Positions 37,275 to 47,162 of a DNA stretch of 64,000 bases are shown in pieces. How positions within the stretch are numbered: the stretch's first letter is position 1; each line of letters begins with the position of its first letter. Source of the DNA: Pseudomonadota bacterium (GTDB lineage: Bacteria; Pseudomonadota; Gammaproteobacteria; Acidiferrobacterales; Acidiferrobacteraceae); assembly GCA_021794595.1 (NCBI GenBank), contig JAJYQN010000117.1, positions 1,977 through 65,976 on the forward strand, in the 5' to 3' direction. Below the pieces are notes generated by a model that worked only from the letters and a program-made list of their open reading frames with translations, did not search any database and had not been told where the DNA came from. A program made the translations under genes and the position numbers.

Positions 37275-38143
37275 GTGTGCTGATTCATAAGGAGACGCGG
37301 GTCATCTGCCAGGGTTTCACCGGCAAGCAAGGCACGTTTCATTGCCAACAGGCGATAGAGTATGGGACCCGCTTGGTGGGGGGAGTGACGCCTGGCAAGG
37401 GGGGTACGCGGCATCTCGACCGGCCGGTGTTCGACACCGTGTCCGAGGCGGTGGCGACCGTGTCTCCGGATGCCTCTGTGATCTACGTGCCTCCCATGGC
37501 GGCCGCGGACGCCATTTTGGAGGCCGCCGCTGCGGGTATCGGGCTTGTGGTCTGTATCACGGAGGGCATACCGGTTGCCGATATGGTGCGAGTGAAGGCC
37601 CTTTTACCGCCGACGACGCGGTTAATAGGTCCCAATTGTCCGGGCATCATTACCTCCGGGGAATGTAAGATCGGCATCATGCCCGGGTCCATTCACCAGC
37701 CGGGCGCGATTGGGATCGTGTCGCGTTCCGGTACCCTTACCTACGAAGCCGTAGCGCAAACCACCACCGCCCACCTTGGCCAAACTACCTGTATAGGCAT
37801 AGGCGGTGATCCCATTCATGGTTTGAGTTTCGTGGACTGCCTGCGGCTCTTCGAGGCTGATCCGGCCACCGAGGCCATTTTGATGGTGGGGGAGATTGGG
37901 GGCGAGGAGGAAGAGCAGGCGGCCGAGTTTATCCGGAACCACGTCACTAAACCGGTGGTCGCCTATATCGCGGGGCTTACGGCGCCGCCTGGGCGGCGCA
38001 TGGGCCATGCCGGGGCCGTGATCGCGGGTTCGCGCGGTACGGCACACGCGAAAAAGGCGGCGTTGGCCACAGTTGGCGTGGCGGTCGTGGAGTCTCCGGC
38101 CCACATGGGTCGCGCGGTCGCGGCGCGCTTGAGGTCATCGTGA
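37271..38143 (+). CDS. sucD: succinate--CoA ligase alpha subunit
   Basis: [23 protein letters not shown] and the phosphohistidine loop MGHAGA are present. The start overlaps the sucC stop. Confidence 0.95.
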   Translation: MSVLIHKETRVICQGFTGKQGTFHCQQAIEYGTRLVGGVTPGKGGTRHLDRPVFDTVSEAVATVSPDASVIYVPPMAAADAILEAAAAGIGLVVCITEGIPVADMVRVKALLPPTTRLIGPNCPGIITSGECKIGIMPGSIHQPGAIGIVSRSGTLTYEAVAQTTTAHLGQTTCIGIGGDPIHGLSFVDCLRLFEADPATEAILMVGEIGGEEEEQAAEFIRNHVTKPVVAYIAGLTAPPGRRMGHAGAVIAGSRGTAHAKKAALATVGVAVVESPAHMGRAVAARLRSS

Positions 38144-39756
38144 CCACCATCGCGCTCGGCCAAATGCGGTGCGAGGTGGGCGATCTTCACGGCAACGTCC
38201 AGCGCATGGAGGCCTTAGCGCTGCGGGCAATCGCCGAACAGGGCGCGGATCTCATCGCCTTCCCGGAACTGTCCCTTACGGGCTACCCCCCGGAGGACCT
38301 TCTTCTTAATGCCGGTTTTGTGGCGGAGGCGAAGGCGGCCCTCTTGAGGCTTGCCGCCCGCGTGGACGGCATAGATATGCTGGTGGGGCTTCCTTGGGCG
38401 GAGGGCGGAGGGCTCTACAATGCCGCGGCCTGGGTCCATGATGGCCAAGTGGTCGGTCTCTATCGCAAGCAGCTCTTGCCTAACTACGGGGTATTTGACG
38501 AGCGGCGGTATTTTGCGCCCGGGGACACAGTGCTTGTGCGGTCTCTGGGGGGCGTGCCCATAGGCATCACCCTCTGCGAGGACTTATGGGAGCCCGGCCC
38601 GGCGCGGGCGACAAGCGAGGCCGGGGCCCGCGTCCTTATCAATATGAACGCCTCCCCTTATCACCAGGGAAAAGACCTGATTCGCCTTGAGACCGGGCGT
38701 GCCCGCGTAGCGGAGACCGGAATGGCGGTCGTCTACGTGAACATGATAGGGGCCCAAGACGAACTGGTATTTGACGGGGCGTCGTTTGTGTTGGGGCTGG
38801 ATGGACACGCGGCGGTCCGTGCCCACGCATTTGAAGAGGATCTTGTGGCGGCCCGTTTTGATAGCGAAGGCCGACCCCAAGACGGCGACCAGCGGATTTG
38901 GCCTACCCCTATCGCCGGGGTTTACCGGGCGCTAACACTCGGCTTGCGCGAATATGTCCAGAAGAATGGTTTCGCGGAGGTCGCGCTCGGTTTATCGGGA
39001 GGAGTGGATTCCGCCCTGGCCTTAGTTCTGTGTTGCGATGCGTTCACTGCCGACAAGGTCCAGGCGGTTATGATGCCGTCACGCTACACATTACCCATAA
39101 GCATTGAAGACGCGCGGACCCAGGCCGAGAATCTCGGTGTGCGATTGACGATGGCGCCCATAGGGGCGATTTATGAGGCCTTTGCGGGGGTATTGGACGG
39201 CCATTGGCAGGGCCCGGGGCACGGCTTGGCGACCGAAAATCTCCAAGCGCGTATTCGGGGAACGCTCTTGATGGCGCTCGCCAACGCCCACCGCGGCCTC
39301 GTTGTGGTGACCAGCAATAAGAGCGAGCTCGCGGTCGGCTACACGACGCTCTATGGCGATATGGCCGGCGGATACGCGCCGCTTAAGGACGTCTTTAAGA
39401 CCGATGTGTACGCCCTGGCCCATTATCGCAACGGCGTGTCTGAGGTGATACCCGAACGGGTCCTTACCCGAGCGCCCACGGCCGAGCTGCGCTTTGATCA
39501 GAAGGACACCGATAGTCTCCCTCCGTATGAGCTACTCGACGCCATTCTTTTGCGTATGGTGGAACAGAATTGCGGGCGACAAGATTTATTGGCTTGCGGC
39601 TACGATCCTGTAATTGTCGATCGTGTCTTAAGCCTTGTGCGGCTTGCGGAACATAAGCGCAAGCAAGCCCCACTCGGCACCCGCGTGAGCGCTCGCGCCT
39701 TTGGGCGCGATTGGCGCTATCCGGTGAGCGTGCGCTATGGCGCCGGTAAGATGTGA
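38140..39756 (+). CDS. nadE: glutamine-dependent NAD+ synthetase
   Basis: N-terminal CN-hydrolase domain ([19 protein letters not shown]) plus the NAD synthase PP-loop GLSGGVDS. The GTG start overlaps the sucD stop as GTGA. Confidence 0.93.
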   Translation: MTTIALGQMRCEVGDLHGNVQRMEALALRAIAEQGADLIAFPELSLTGYPPEDLLLNAGFVAEAKAALLRLAARVDGIDMLVGLPWAEGGGLYNAAAWVHDGQVVGLYRKQLLPNYGVFDERRYFAPGDTVLVRSLGGVPIGITLCEDLWEPGPARATSEAGARVLINMNASPYHQGKDLIRLETGRARVAETGMAVVYVNMIGAQDELVFDGASFVLGLDGHAAVRAHAFEEDLVAARFDSEGRPQDGDQRIWPTPIAGVYRALTLGLREYVQKNGFAEVALGLSGGVDSALALVLCCDAFTADKVQAVMMPSRYTLPISIEDARTQAENLGVRLTMAPIGAIYEAFAGVLDGHWQGPGHGLATENLQARIRGTLLMALANAHRGLVVVTSNKSELAVGYTTLYGDMAGGYAPLKDVFKTDVYALAHYRNGVSEVIPERVLTRAPTAELRFDQKDTDSLPPYELLDAILLRMVEQNCGRQDLLACGYDPVIVDRVLSLVRLAEHKRKQAPLGTRVSARAFGRDWRYPVSVRYGAGKM

Positions 39757-40517
39757 GCGCCCCGAAGTTTGGCAAGGTAAGGGCTCTGCGGAAAGTTGCG
39801 CGCCAGTATACGCGCGGTATCCCGGCTTAATCCCGCCATGCCCATGCGCTCATAGGCCATGGCCATAAGACCGAGCGCGTCGGCCACGGCCGGTGTGCGC
39901 GGATAGTGTTCGATGACGAATTTGCAGCGATCGGCGGTGGCGACGTAAGCCCCGTGGATGTAGTAGTAGCGGGCGACCGCGATGTTGTTTCGGGCCAGCA
40001 TGTCCGTGAGGTAATTGACGCGCTCCGCGGCATCGGTCGCGTATCGGCTGTGGGGGTATTTGGTAACGACCGTTTCGAAGGCGCGCAAGGCCGCGCGCGC
40101 GGCGCTATTATCGCGCCCGCGTAGCGGGTTTACGCCGAACGCACGTTCGATAACGCTCTGATTCTTATTGAAATCAATGAGGCCCTGCAAGTAGTAGGCG
40201 TAGGCCACACGGCGATCGGTCGGGTGAAGGCGGATGAACCGCTTCGCGGCATCGACCGCGGCTACCGGTTCCGAGGCCTTATAGTAGGCGTAGGCAATAA
40301 CGATTTCGGCCTGAGTGGCATAGCGTCCGTAGGGATAAGCCGCTTCGAGGCCTTGAAAGAGCCGGATGGCGCGTTCATAGTTGCCGTTTTTTAGCGTGGC
40401 CACGCCTTGGGCGTAGAAGCGTTGGGCAGACCAATGATGCGTCTTGTGGTGGTCACGGCCGCAAGCGCTTAGGCTTGCGAGTCCTACGATGAGACAAAAG
40501 CGGATCAGGCGACGCAT
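39735..40517 (-). CDS. bamD: outer membrane protein assembly factor BamD
   Basis: Lipobox LSAC and TPR-like YfiO repeats. Start trimmed to ATG 40517 (MRRLIRFCL). It is divergent from rluD, as in E. coli. Confidence 0.9.
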   Translation of the reverse strand: MRRLIRFCLIVGLASLSACGRDHHKTHHWSAQRFYAQGVATLKNGNYERAIRLFQGLEAAYPYGRYATQAEIVIAYAYYKASEPVAAVDAAKRFIRLHPTDRRVAYAYYLQGLIDFNKNQSVIERAFGVNPLRGRDNSAARAALRAFETVVTKYPHSRYATDAAERVNYLTDMLARNNIAVARYYYIHGAYVATADRCKFVIEHYPRTPAVADALGLMAMAYERMGMAGLSRDTARILARNFPQSPYLAKLRGAHILPAP

Positions 40518-40576
40518 GGCGGTTCCTCTGGCATTCGAGGGCAAGCTTAACCGGATTTGCACCGAGCGGAAAGACC

Positions 40577-41491
40577 GTGGACCCAGAGCGACACTTTTGG
40601 CTACAATTTTCCGACGCTGAGGCCGGATTACGACTCGACCGGGCACTCGCGTTGCGCTTGCCGCAATTCTCCCGAACGGCGCTCCAGGGGTGGTTGCGCG
40701 AGGGACGCGTGACCCTAGACGACCTGCCGGTCGCAGCGACTCGCCAGGTCAAGGGTGGGGAGCGCTTGTGGCTCGATCTGCCAGAACCGGTCCTGTCCGA
40801 TATCCAGGCGGAAGAGATCCCTCTTACTATCATCTTCGAAGACGACACTGTACTTGTGATCGATAAGCCGGCGGGTCTTGTCGTGCACCCCGGCGCCGGT
40901 TGCCGCCAGGGCACCATGCAAAACGCGCTTTTGTATCACGCCCCCGATCTCGCCGTCTTACCGCGTTCGGGGATTGTCCACCGGCTCGACAAGGACACTT
41001 CGGGTTTGCTTGTGATCGCGCGTACCGAGATTGCAAGGCTCGCCCTTATCGAGCAACTGAAGACCCGCGAGATGGGCCGTGAGTACGAGGCCTTGGTGGT
41101 GGGTACGCCGCCCCCCCAGGGTTTTATCGAGGCCGCTATCGGGCGCGACCCTCGTCATCGGACCAGGATGGCGGTAACGGCGCACGGCCGGCCGGCGCGT
41201 ACGGAATACGAGCTTATTGAGCGTTTGGGGCGCTTTAGTCTTTTGCGTGTGCGGCTCAAGACGGGTCGTACGCACCAGATTCGAGTGCATATGACGCACA
41301 TCGGCTTCCCGCTTGTGGGGGATGCCGTGTACGGTCGGGCTAAGACCCGCGATATTCTTCCGCGACAGGCACTGCATGCGCGGCGTCTTAGCTTGATCCA
41401 CCCAAAAAGCGGGGAGCGCCTGACGTTCGAGTGCCCGATGGCCGGGGACTTTGTTGATGCCCTACAGCGCTTGCGCAAGGAGGCGGTGTGA
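40577..41491 (+). CDS. rluD: 23S rRNA pseudouridine(1911/1915/1917) synthase RluD
   Basis: S4 domain, HRLDKDTSGLLVIART and GRTHQIRVHM. It aligns by eye along its length with E. coli RluD. Confidence 0.93.
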   Translation: MDPERHFWLQFSDAEAGLRLDRALALRLPQFSRTALQGWLREGRVTLDDLPVAATRQVKGGERLWLDLPEPVLSDIQAEEIPLTIIFEDDTVLVIDKPAGLVVHPGAGCRQGTMQNALLYHAPDLAVLPRSGIVHRLDKDTSGLLVIARTEIARLALIEQLKTREMGREYEALVVGTPPPQGFIEAAIGRDPRHRTRMAVTAHGRPARTEYELIERLGRFSLLRVRLKTGRTHQIRVHMTHIGFPLVGDAVYGRAKTRDILPRQALHARRLSLIHPKSGERLTFECPMAGDFVDALQRLRKEAV

Positions 41492-42216
41492 TCGAGTGCG
41501 TGGCGCCCGCATGGCCGGTCCGGGGAGTGCGTGTCTATACGACAACGCGCGATGGCGGCGTAAGCCGTGGGCCTTATGCCTCCCTGAACTTAGGGACCCA
41601 CGTCGGGGACTCCCCGGAGGACGTCTTGGCAAACCGGACGAGACTTGGGCAGGCGCTCGGGCTCCCGTCGGCACCGCGCTGGCTAAATCAAGTCCACGGG
41701 TCCCGGGTCGTAGATGCCAGGCGGGTGGAATCGGCGCTTGATGCCGACGGCAGCGTCACAAGCGAATCGCGGCTCGTGTGCGCCATATTGACCGCCGATT
41801 GCCTGCCGATTGTGCTCGCGGATAGGCAGGCCCGATGTATTGCGGTCTTGCATGGCGGGTGGCGGGGACTTGCGGCGGGCATCATCGAGGCGGGAGTCAC
41901 GGCCTTACCTGTCTCTTCGTCGGAGCTCGTCGCCTGGCTTGGGCCGGCCATAGGCCCGCTTCATTATGAGGTTGGTGAGCCGGTTCGTGCCGCCTTCAAA
42001 GACGGCGCCCAGGCGGCCTTTCGGGCGATTGGTGAGGGGCGCTACCAAGCCGATCTCTACGCTCTCGCTCGTGTCCATTTGGCGGCCTGCGGTATTAGCG
42101 AGGTGTACGGCGGCGGCTACGATACACTCTCCGATCCGCGTTTCTACTCTTATCGGCAAACCCAGGTCTGTGGGCGGATGGCGACGTTGGCGTGGATAGA
42201 GGGACACTCTCCGTAG
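41488..42216 (+). CDS. pgeF: peptidoglycan editing factor PgeF (YfiH/DUF152, laccase-domain protein)
   Basis: SLNLGTHVGD, QVHG, LTADCLPIVL and HGGWRG motifs. It overlaps the rluD stop. Confidence 0.9.
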   Translation: MIECVAPAWPVRGVRVYTTTRDGGVSRGPYASLNLGTHVGDSPEDVLANRTRLGQALGLPSAPRWLNQVHGSRVVDARRVESALDADGSVTSESRLVCAILTADCLPIVLADRQARCIAVLHGGWRGLAAGIIEAGVTALPVSSSELVAWLGPAIGPLHYEVGEPVRAAFKDGAQAAFRAIGEGRYQADLYALARVHLAACGISEVYGGGYDTLSDPRFYSYRQTQVCGRMATLAWIEGHSP

Positions 42217-42245
42217 GTCTATCCCACCCTATGGAGGAACAGTTG

Positions 42246-42809
42246 ATGGGCGGAAGTTTACAGGGTAAGCGTGTTGCCATGCTGCTCACGGACGGCGTCG
42301 AACAAGTCGAGTACGAAAAACCCCGGCAATTTTTGGAGGAGCGGGGCGCTACTGTCGATCTCGTGTCCCCTAAAAAGCGCGGTGAGTCCGTGCAGGCCTT
42401 TAACCACCTGAAGCCAGGGTCCCGATTCACGGTCGAAAAGACCGTCACAGAGGCGCGGCCCGAGGAATACGACGCGCTGGTATTGCCGGGAGGCGTTGCG
42501 AACCCGGACCTGTTACGCCTGAGCGCGCAGTCGGTGGAGTTCGTGAATCGTTTTTCTCAAACCGGCCAACCGCTGGCCGCCATTTGTCACGGTCCCTGGC
42601 TCTTGATAAATGCCGGTTTAATGACCGGTCGTCATGTAACGAGCTGGCCGAGCTTGGCGACCGATATCCGAAACGCCGGAGGCCATTGGACGGACGAGTC
42701 CGTGGTCGTCGACGGACGATTCATCACGAGCCGCAATCCCGATGACATCCCGGCCTTCAATCACCAGATCGAGAAGGCGCTTCTCAAGCCGCACGCCGCT
42801 CGCGCCTGA
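42246..42809 (+). CDS. DJ-1/PfpI family protein (YhbO/PfpI-type)
   Basis: AICHGPWLLINAG (nucleophile elbow), TSRNPDDIPAFN and an overall resemblance to E. coli YhbO. I chose ATG 42246, with GGAGG 8 nt upstream. Confidence 0.85.
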   Translation: MGGSLQGKRVAMLLTDGVEQVEYEKPRQFLEERGATVDLVSPKKRGESVQAFNHLKPGSRFTVEKTVTEARPEEYDALVLPGGVANPDLLRLSAQSVEFVNRFSQTGQPLAAICHGPWLLINAGLMTGRHVTSWPSLATDIRNAGGHWTDESVVVDGRFITSRNPDDIPAFNHQIEKALLKPHAARA

Positions 42810-42817
42810 CCGCGTGG

Positions 42818-43678
42818 CTAGCCGCGTCCCGCGGACGCAGACCCCGTAAAGCGCAGAGAGAGGTCGAGGGCGCGGACGTTTTTGGTGATATCGCCGATCG
42901 ATATGAAGTCGACACCCGTCTCGGCCACGGCGGCGAGGGCGTCTAAGGTGATGCCGCCCGAGGCCTCGAGTTGGGCTCGGCCTTGGCTACGCGCGACCGC
43001 TAAACGCAGATCCGGCACCGAGAAATTATCAAGGAGGATGCGCGTTGCCCCGGCGGCGAGGGCCTGATCGAGTTCAGCTAGGGTCTCGACCTCGATCTCG
43101 ACTAATTTGCCCTGGGCGATCTTCTGCGCATGACGTAATGCAGCCACGATGGATCCGGCGGCGGCGATGTGGTTCTCTTTGATCAGTACGCCGTCATACA
43201 GGCCGAGACGATGGTTTTGACAACCCCCGCAGAGCGCTGCGTACTTTTGCGCCAAGCGCAGGCCCGGAAGCGTCTTGCGGGTATCGAGAATGCGGGTCTT
43301 GGTGTGGGTGATCCGGTCGGCGTAGCGGCGCGCGGCAGTTGCGGTGCCGGAAAGGACTTGAACGAAGTTCAGCGCGGTGCGTTCGCCGGTGAGTAGGGCG
43401 CGGGCATCCCCGGAGAGTTCGCACAGCGTCATACCGGCGGAAACCCGGTCCGAGTCCTGGGCGTGCCACTGAATCTCACAGTGCGGATCAAGACGTCGGA
43501 ACGTGGCCTCAAACCACGCCTGGCCGCACAAAACACCGTCCTCGCGCGTGATAAGCGCCGCTTGAACGAGCCCCTCTGGCACCAGAAGCGCGGTCAGATC
43601 GCCTGATCCTGTATCTTCCTCCAAGGCGGCGCAAACGGCTTTTTCAACAACCGATGATGTGAGATACGAGGTGAACAC
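42818..43678 (-). CDS. nadC: nicotinate-nucleotide diphosphorylase (carboxylating)
   Basis: ALEEDTGSGDLT, ERTALNF, RKTLPGLR and KENH motifs. I chose GTG 43678 with GGGAGG 5 nt upstream, giving 286 aa. The ATG at 43729 is the alternative. Confidence 0.9.
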   Translation of the reverse strand: MFTSYLTSSVVEKAVCAALEEDTGSGDLTALLVPEGLVQAALITREDGVLCGQAWFEATFRRLDPHCEIQWHAQDSDRVSAGMTLCELSGDARALLTGERTALNFVQVLSGTATAARRYADRITHTKTRILDTRKTLPGLRLAQKYAALCGGCQNHRLGLYDGVLIKENHIAAAGSIVAALRHAQKIAQGKLVEIEVETLAELDQALAAGATRILLDNFSVPDLRLAVARSQGRAQLEASGGITLDALAAVAETGVDFISIGDITKNVRALDLSLRFTGSASAGRG

Positions 43679-43727
43679 AGTTGCCTCCCAAAAATGCCAT
43701 GGCTTGATTGCAAATAGGGTTGGACCC

Positions 43728-43763
43728 AAAGGCCGGGTATCCCTAAAAGGCCGGGTATCCCTA
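43728..43763. repeat. perfect 18-bp tandem duplication (AAAGGCCGGGTATCCCTA x2)
   Basis: Read directly from the sequence. Copy 1 is 43728-43745 and copy 2 is 43746-43763, about 50 bp upstream of the proposed nadC start. Confidence 0.9.
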
Positions 43764-44342
43764 ATGGGTGTCCGTGCTCGTCCTCGAGCGCGGACTTATG
43801 GGGGTGACAGTTGGGCGTCAGAACGCGGCCATCCTCTTGCCCCATAAGCCCTTTTTGCGGGCCCACGACCGCCTTATACCTGATTAAGTCGCCTTTAGGC
43901 GCCGGTAGAGCGGGCGTTGAGTGGATGATGGGCCCAGGAGGGTTTCCTGTCCGAAAGATTACGTGACGCCGTAGTCTAGGTGCAACATTTTCTTATGATC
44001 GGGGATATCAAGATCAGTGCGGGTCTCCCATTCTTTTGAGGCCAAATCTAGAAATGGAGCCTGCTTGCGACTGCTCGCCGGTTCCCGAAGGGTGCTCTCT
44101 ACTGCCTCCCGTTTGGTCTGTGCAGGGCTAAGGTCGTCACTTCCCGCGTCACGTCTAAATCTCCCATGGGGCGCACCTCCTGACGCATACCACGACTGAT
44201 AGGGAGGACGAGCGTTGCGCAGGAGATAGAAGCTGCGCCTTCTTGACGGCTTATGAAACCAGGATATAAGCTATCTAGATTATAAAGACTTGATCAGACT
44301 TTTTGAATAAAACGTAGGCGTGAGGCCTTAGGGGGACAGATC

Positions 44343-44813
44343 ATGCGGATGGGTGAAGGGGTGGAGTGGGGGCTTCATTGTTGTTTAACGCTCGCCTGGA
44401 TTGGCGACCAAGAGCCTATTTCGACCGCGAAACTTGCCGAGCACTTCGGCGTTCCCCCCACCTATCTCAATAAGTGTCTGCAGGCCCTTGTTCGCGCCGA
44501 GATTCTAAGGTCCGTATCCGGGGCGCGTGGCGGGTTTTGCTTGGCGAAACGGCCAGATGAATTGACTTTTCTGGATGTTGTGATCGCGGTCGAGGGGCCG
44601 GATGCAGCCTTTCGTTGTGCCGAGATCCGACAGAATGAGGGCTGCTCGCGCGACGAAAAGAGGCGGCCTTGCGCTATTGCAGGGGCCATGCAGGAAGCAG
44701 AGGAGGCGTGGCGCATAGCACTCAAGGCCCAGACTTTGGCGGATATTATGCAAAAGGCCCCCGCAGCCGCGGCCGAACGCACGCGCCGTTGGTATCAAGA
44801 GGTGCGACGCTAG
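44343..44813 (+). CDS. Rrf2 family transcriptional regulator
   Basis: The wHTH ISTAKLAEHFGVPPTYLNKCLQALVRAEILRSVSGARGG is the typical Rrf2 N-terminus. Confidence 0.88.
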   Translation: MRMGEGVEWGLHCCLTLAWIGDQEPISTAKLAEHFGVPPTYLNKCLQALVRAEILRSVSGARGGFCLAKRPDELTFLDVVIAVEGPDAAFRCAEIRQNEGCSRDEKRRPCAIAGAMQEAEEAWRIALKAQTLADIMQKAPAAAAERTRRWYQEVRR

Positions 44814-44897
44814 CTACATGGCTATGAAGCTACCGGGCTTGGCGGCTTCATAATCTGGATAACATGTATCCTTAAATACGCAAAAGGGCAGACCCTT

Positions 44898-46100
44898 ATG
44901 GATGACAAACAGAGTGGTGAGCGTGCCCGGGAAAGAGGCGATTTGATGCCAGTTGTGATCTTGGTGCTGGGTACTTTCGCGGTGGGCACGGATGCCTTTA
45001 TCGTGGCCGGATTTTTGCCCTCCCTGGCTGCGAGCCTGCATGTCTCTGTGGGTGTGGCTGGACAAAGCGTCACGGTCTTTGCGATAACCTATGCTGTGTT
45101 TGCCCCTATCCTAGCTACGCTCGCCGCGAAGGTGCCTCGTCGCAAGCTGTTAGTGGCTGCACTTGTCGTTATAGCTGGCGCAAATCTTGGCACCGCAGTG
45201 GCCGCCGACTTTACCGTCCTGATGGCGTTTCGCACCTTGGCCGCACTGGGGGCCGCCGCGTATACGCCTACTGCAGGCGCGGTGGCGGCATGGCTTGCGC
45301 CCTCCGCTTTGCGCGGCCGGGCCTTGGCCCTGGTTCTCGCCGGTTTGACCCTGGCTACTGTGTTGTCTGTGCCAGCTGGGGATCTCATCAGCGACTGGGC
45401 GAGCTGGCGGGCTGCCCTGGGTTTGGTGGCCGGGCTTGCGTTTTTGAGTAGCGTTGCTGTGTTACGGATCCTGCCGGTTCTTGGGGGTGGCCCGTTTGTT
45501 CCGCTCCGCGATCGGCTGGCTGTTTTGCGTAAGCCGGGTGTTGTCAGCATATTGCCGCTTACCGTACTCGGTATGGCGGCGAGCTATGCCGTTTACGCGT
45601 ATTCGGTACCGGCGCTGCGCGGCGTGGGGGTGGCGCCTGGGGCAATAGGCGGGTTTTTGTTTCTCTATGGCCTTGGGGCGGTGCTCGGCAGTGCCCTGTG
45701 CGGCTACGTCACCGACCGGTGGGGAGCTGTCCGCATGCTATCTGCGACCTATAGCGTCATGACGCTCGCTCTTGGGCTGCTCGGCTGCTTAGCGCTTCAC
45801 GCGCCCTCTCGGGGCATCATATCGACGGCGGTTGTGGGTCTTCTGGTTAGTCTCTGGGGCGCGAGTACATGGTCGCAGACTCCGCCCCAGCAGCACCGGC
45901 TTATCGCTGCCGCACCGGAGAGTGTATCGCTCGTCTTGTCCTTGAACGCCTCGGCAATTTATTTAGGAATCGGATCGGGTACGGCCTTGGGTGGTGTCGC
46001 GCTTACAGCTGGCGTGCCTGTGCTCTATGGGGTCGCTACCGTGATCGCAGCGCTCACTGGCCTTTATCTCATCGGCACGTTACGGCGGTACCGGGTATGA
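44898..46100 (+). CDS. MFS transporter
   Basis: 400 aa with about 12 hydrophobic segments. The N-terminus GTFAVGTDAFIVAGFLPSLA is typical of the Bcr/CflA-like drug-resistance MFS group. Confidence 0.85.
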   Translation: MDDKQSGERARERGDLMPVVILVLGTFAVGTDAFIVAGFLPSLAASLHVSVGVAGQSVTVFAITYAVFAPILATLAAKVPRRKLLVAALVVIAGANLGTAVAADFTVLMAFRTLAALGAAAYTPTAGAVAAWLAPSALRGRALALVLAGLTLATVLSVPAGDLISDWASWRAALGLVAGLAFLSSVAVLRILPVLGGGPFVPLRDRLAVLRKPGVVSILPLTVLGMAASYAVYAYSVPALRGVGVAPGAIGGFLFLYGLGAVLGSALCGYVTDRWGAVRMLSATYSVMTLALGLLGCLALHAPSRGIISTAVVGLLVSLWGASTWSQTPPQQHRLIAAAPESVSLVLSLNASAIYLGIGSGTALGGVALTAGVPVLYGVATVIAALTGLYLIGTLRRYRV

Positions 46101-46266
46101 CGAGGCCTGAGCGCTGCCAGCCCTCACAAAGCGTCCCGTGCATGATGGCGCAATTCCCACAGGGGGCTTGCGGCGGTTTTTGCCACCACGGAGGGTGCAC
46201 CCTACGGGTGGCGCGCCGGGAGACTTGGACGTCTCATGGTGCATGCTAAGGGTCAGCACACGTTTG

Positions 46267-46887
46267 TCATGGGGCGCAATCGTATGGCCATGCTGTCATA
46301 GCGAGCGCACCGATTCTCTGTAACTGTTCGTAAGACGCACCATCTATCGCTTGCACGGACATCCCCTGTATGACGGCGGCATAAAATGTCGCTAATCCTT
46401 CGGTATCAGTATCGGGCGGGATCTCTTGCCTTTGCACGGCCAATGCCAACCGTGACGCGATGGCGTCTTGGCCCATACGACGTAGCGCGGCCGTCGTTTT
46501 AGCCACGGATCGGTTCTCTTGTGCACAACGAAGAGATCCGCTGGCGGTAAGACAACCGGCTGGCCACTCACTGCGCGTAAATTGCTGAGCAGCTGCTGTT
46601 AATAACTGCCCTATCACATCCCGAATTGCGCCTGGAGCCTCGAGCGCACGCGTAAGAAAATCAGTATGCGTCGAAAGATAGAGCTCAAGAACGTCACGGT
46701 AGAGCTGTTCCTTTGAGCCAAAAGCGGCATAAAGACTGGGTGCGGTGATGTGCATAGCCTTCGTGAGCTGGGCGATGGCTGTGCCTTCGTACCCTTGGCG
46801 CCAGAAGAGAACCATAGCTTTTTCTAAGGCCTTGGCCTTATTGAAGATCCGAGGACGACCCCTCGGGCGCCCCACGACCTTTTTCAT
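46267..46887 (-). CDS. TetR/AcrR family transcriptional regulator
   Basis: The HTH is GRPRIF..ALEKAMVLFWRQGYEGTAIAQLTKAMHITAPSLYAAFGSKEQLY. Confidence 0.88.
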   Translation of the reverse strand: MKKVVGRPRGRPRIFNKAKALEKAMVLFWRQGYEGTAIAQLTKAMHITAPSLYAAFGSKEQLYRDVLELYLSTHTDFLTRALEAPGAIRDVIGQLLTAAAQQFTRSEWPAGCLTASGSLRCAQENRSVAKTTAALRRMGQDAIASRLALAVQRQEIPPDTDTEGLATFYAAVIQGMSVQAIDGASYEQLQRIGALAMTAWPYDCAP

Positions 46888-47103
46888 AGCCTATGCTCCA
46901 TGATCTTAAAACGAAACGCCATCATATCCCCTACGTAGCAGATTGGTCCGCTGAGCGCGCTTTTACCTCTTGCCTTACCCAAAGACCCTGGGTCGCCGCC
47001 TTATCTTTCGTCATATCCTGAGAATACCTGCGACCAACTGTTTACCGGGAGTTTCTTAGGCCATACGCAGACGGCAACGTTAATGTCCCGTCCTTCGCGC
47101 TCA

Positions 47104-47132
47104 TTGACAAGACAGATCAACTATATTATATA
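47104..47132 (+). promoter_or_regulatory. putative sigma-70 promoter (TTGACA - 17 nt - TATATA) for the dehydrogenase-GST genes
   Basis: TTGACA at 47104-47109 and TATATA at 47127-47132. AAGGAG at 47152-57 precedes ATG 47163. A T/A-rich near-palindrome overlaps the -10 box and could be an operator. Confidence 0.45.
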
Positions 47133-47162
47133 ACGATCACTACATATAGAAAAGGAGACGCC

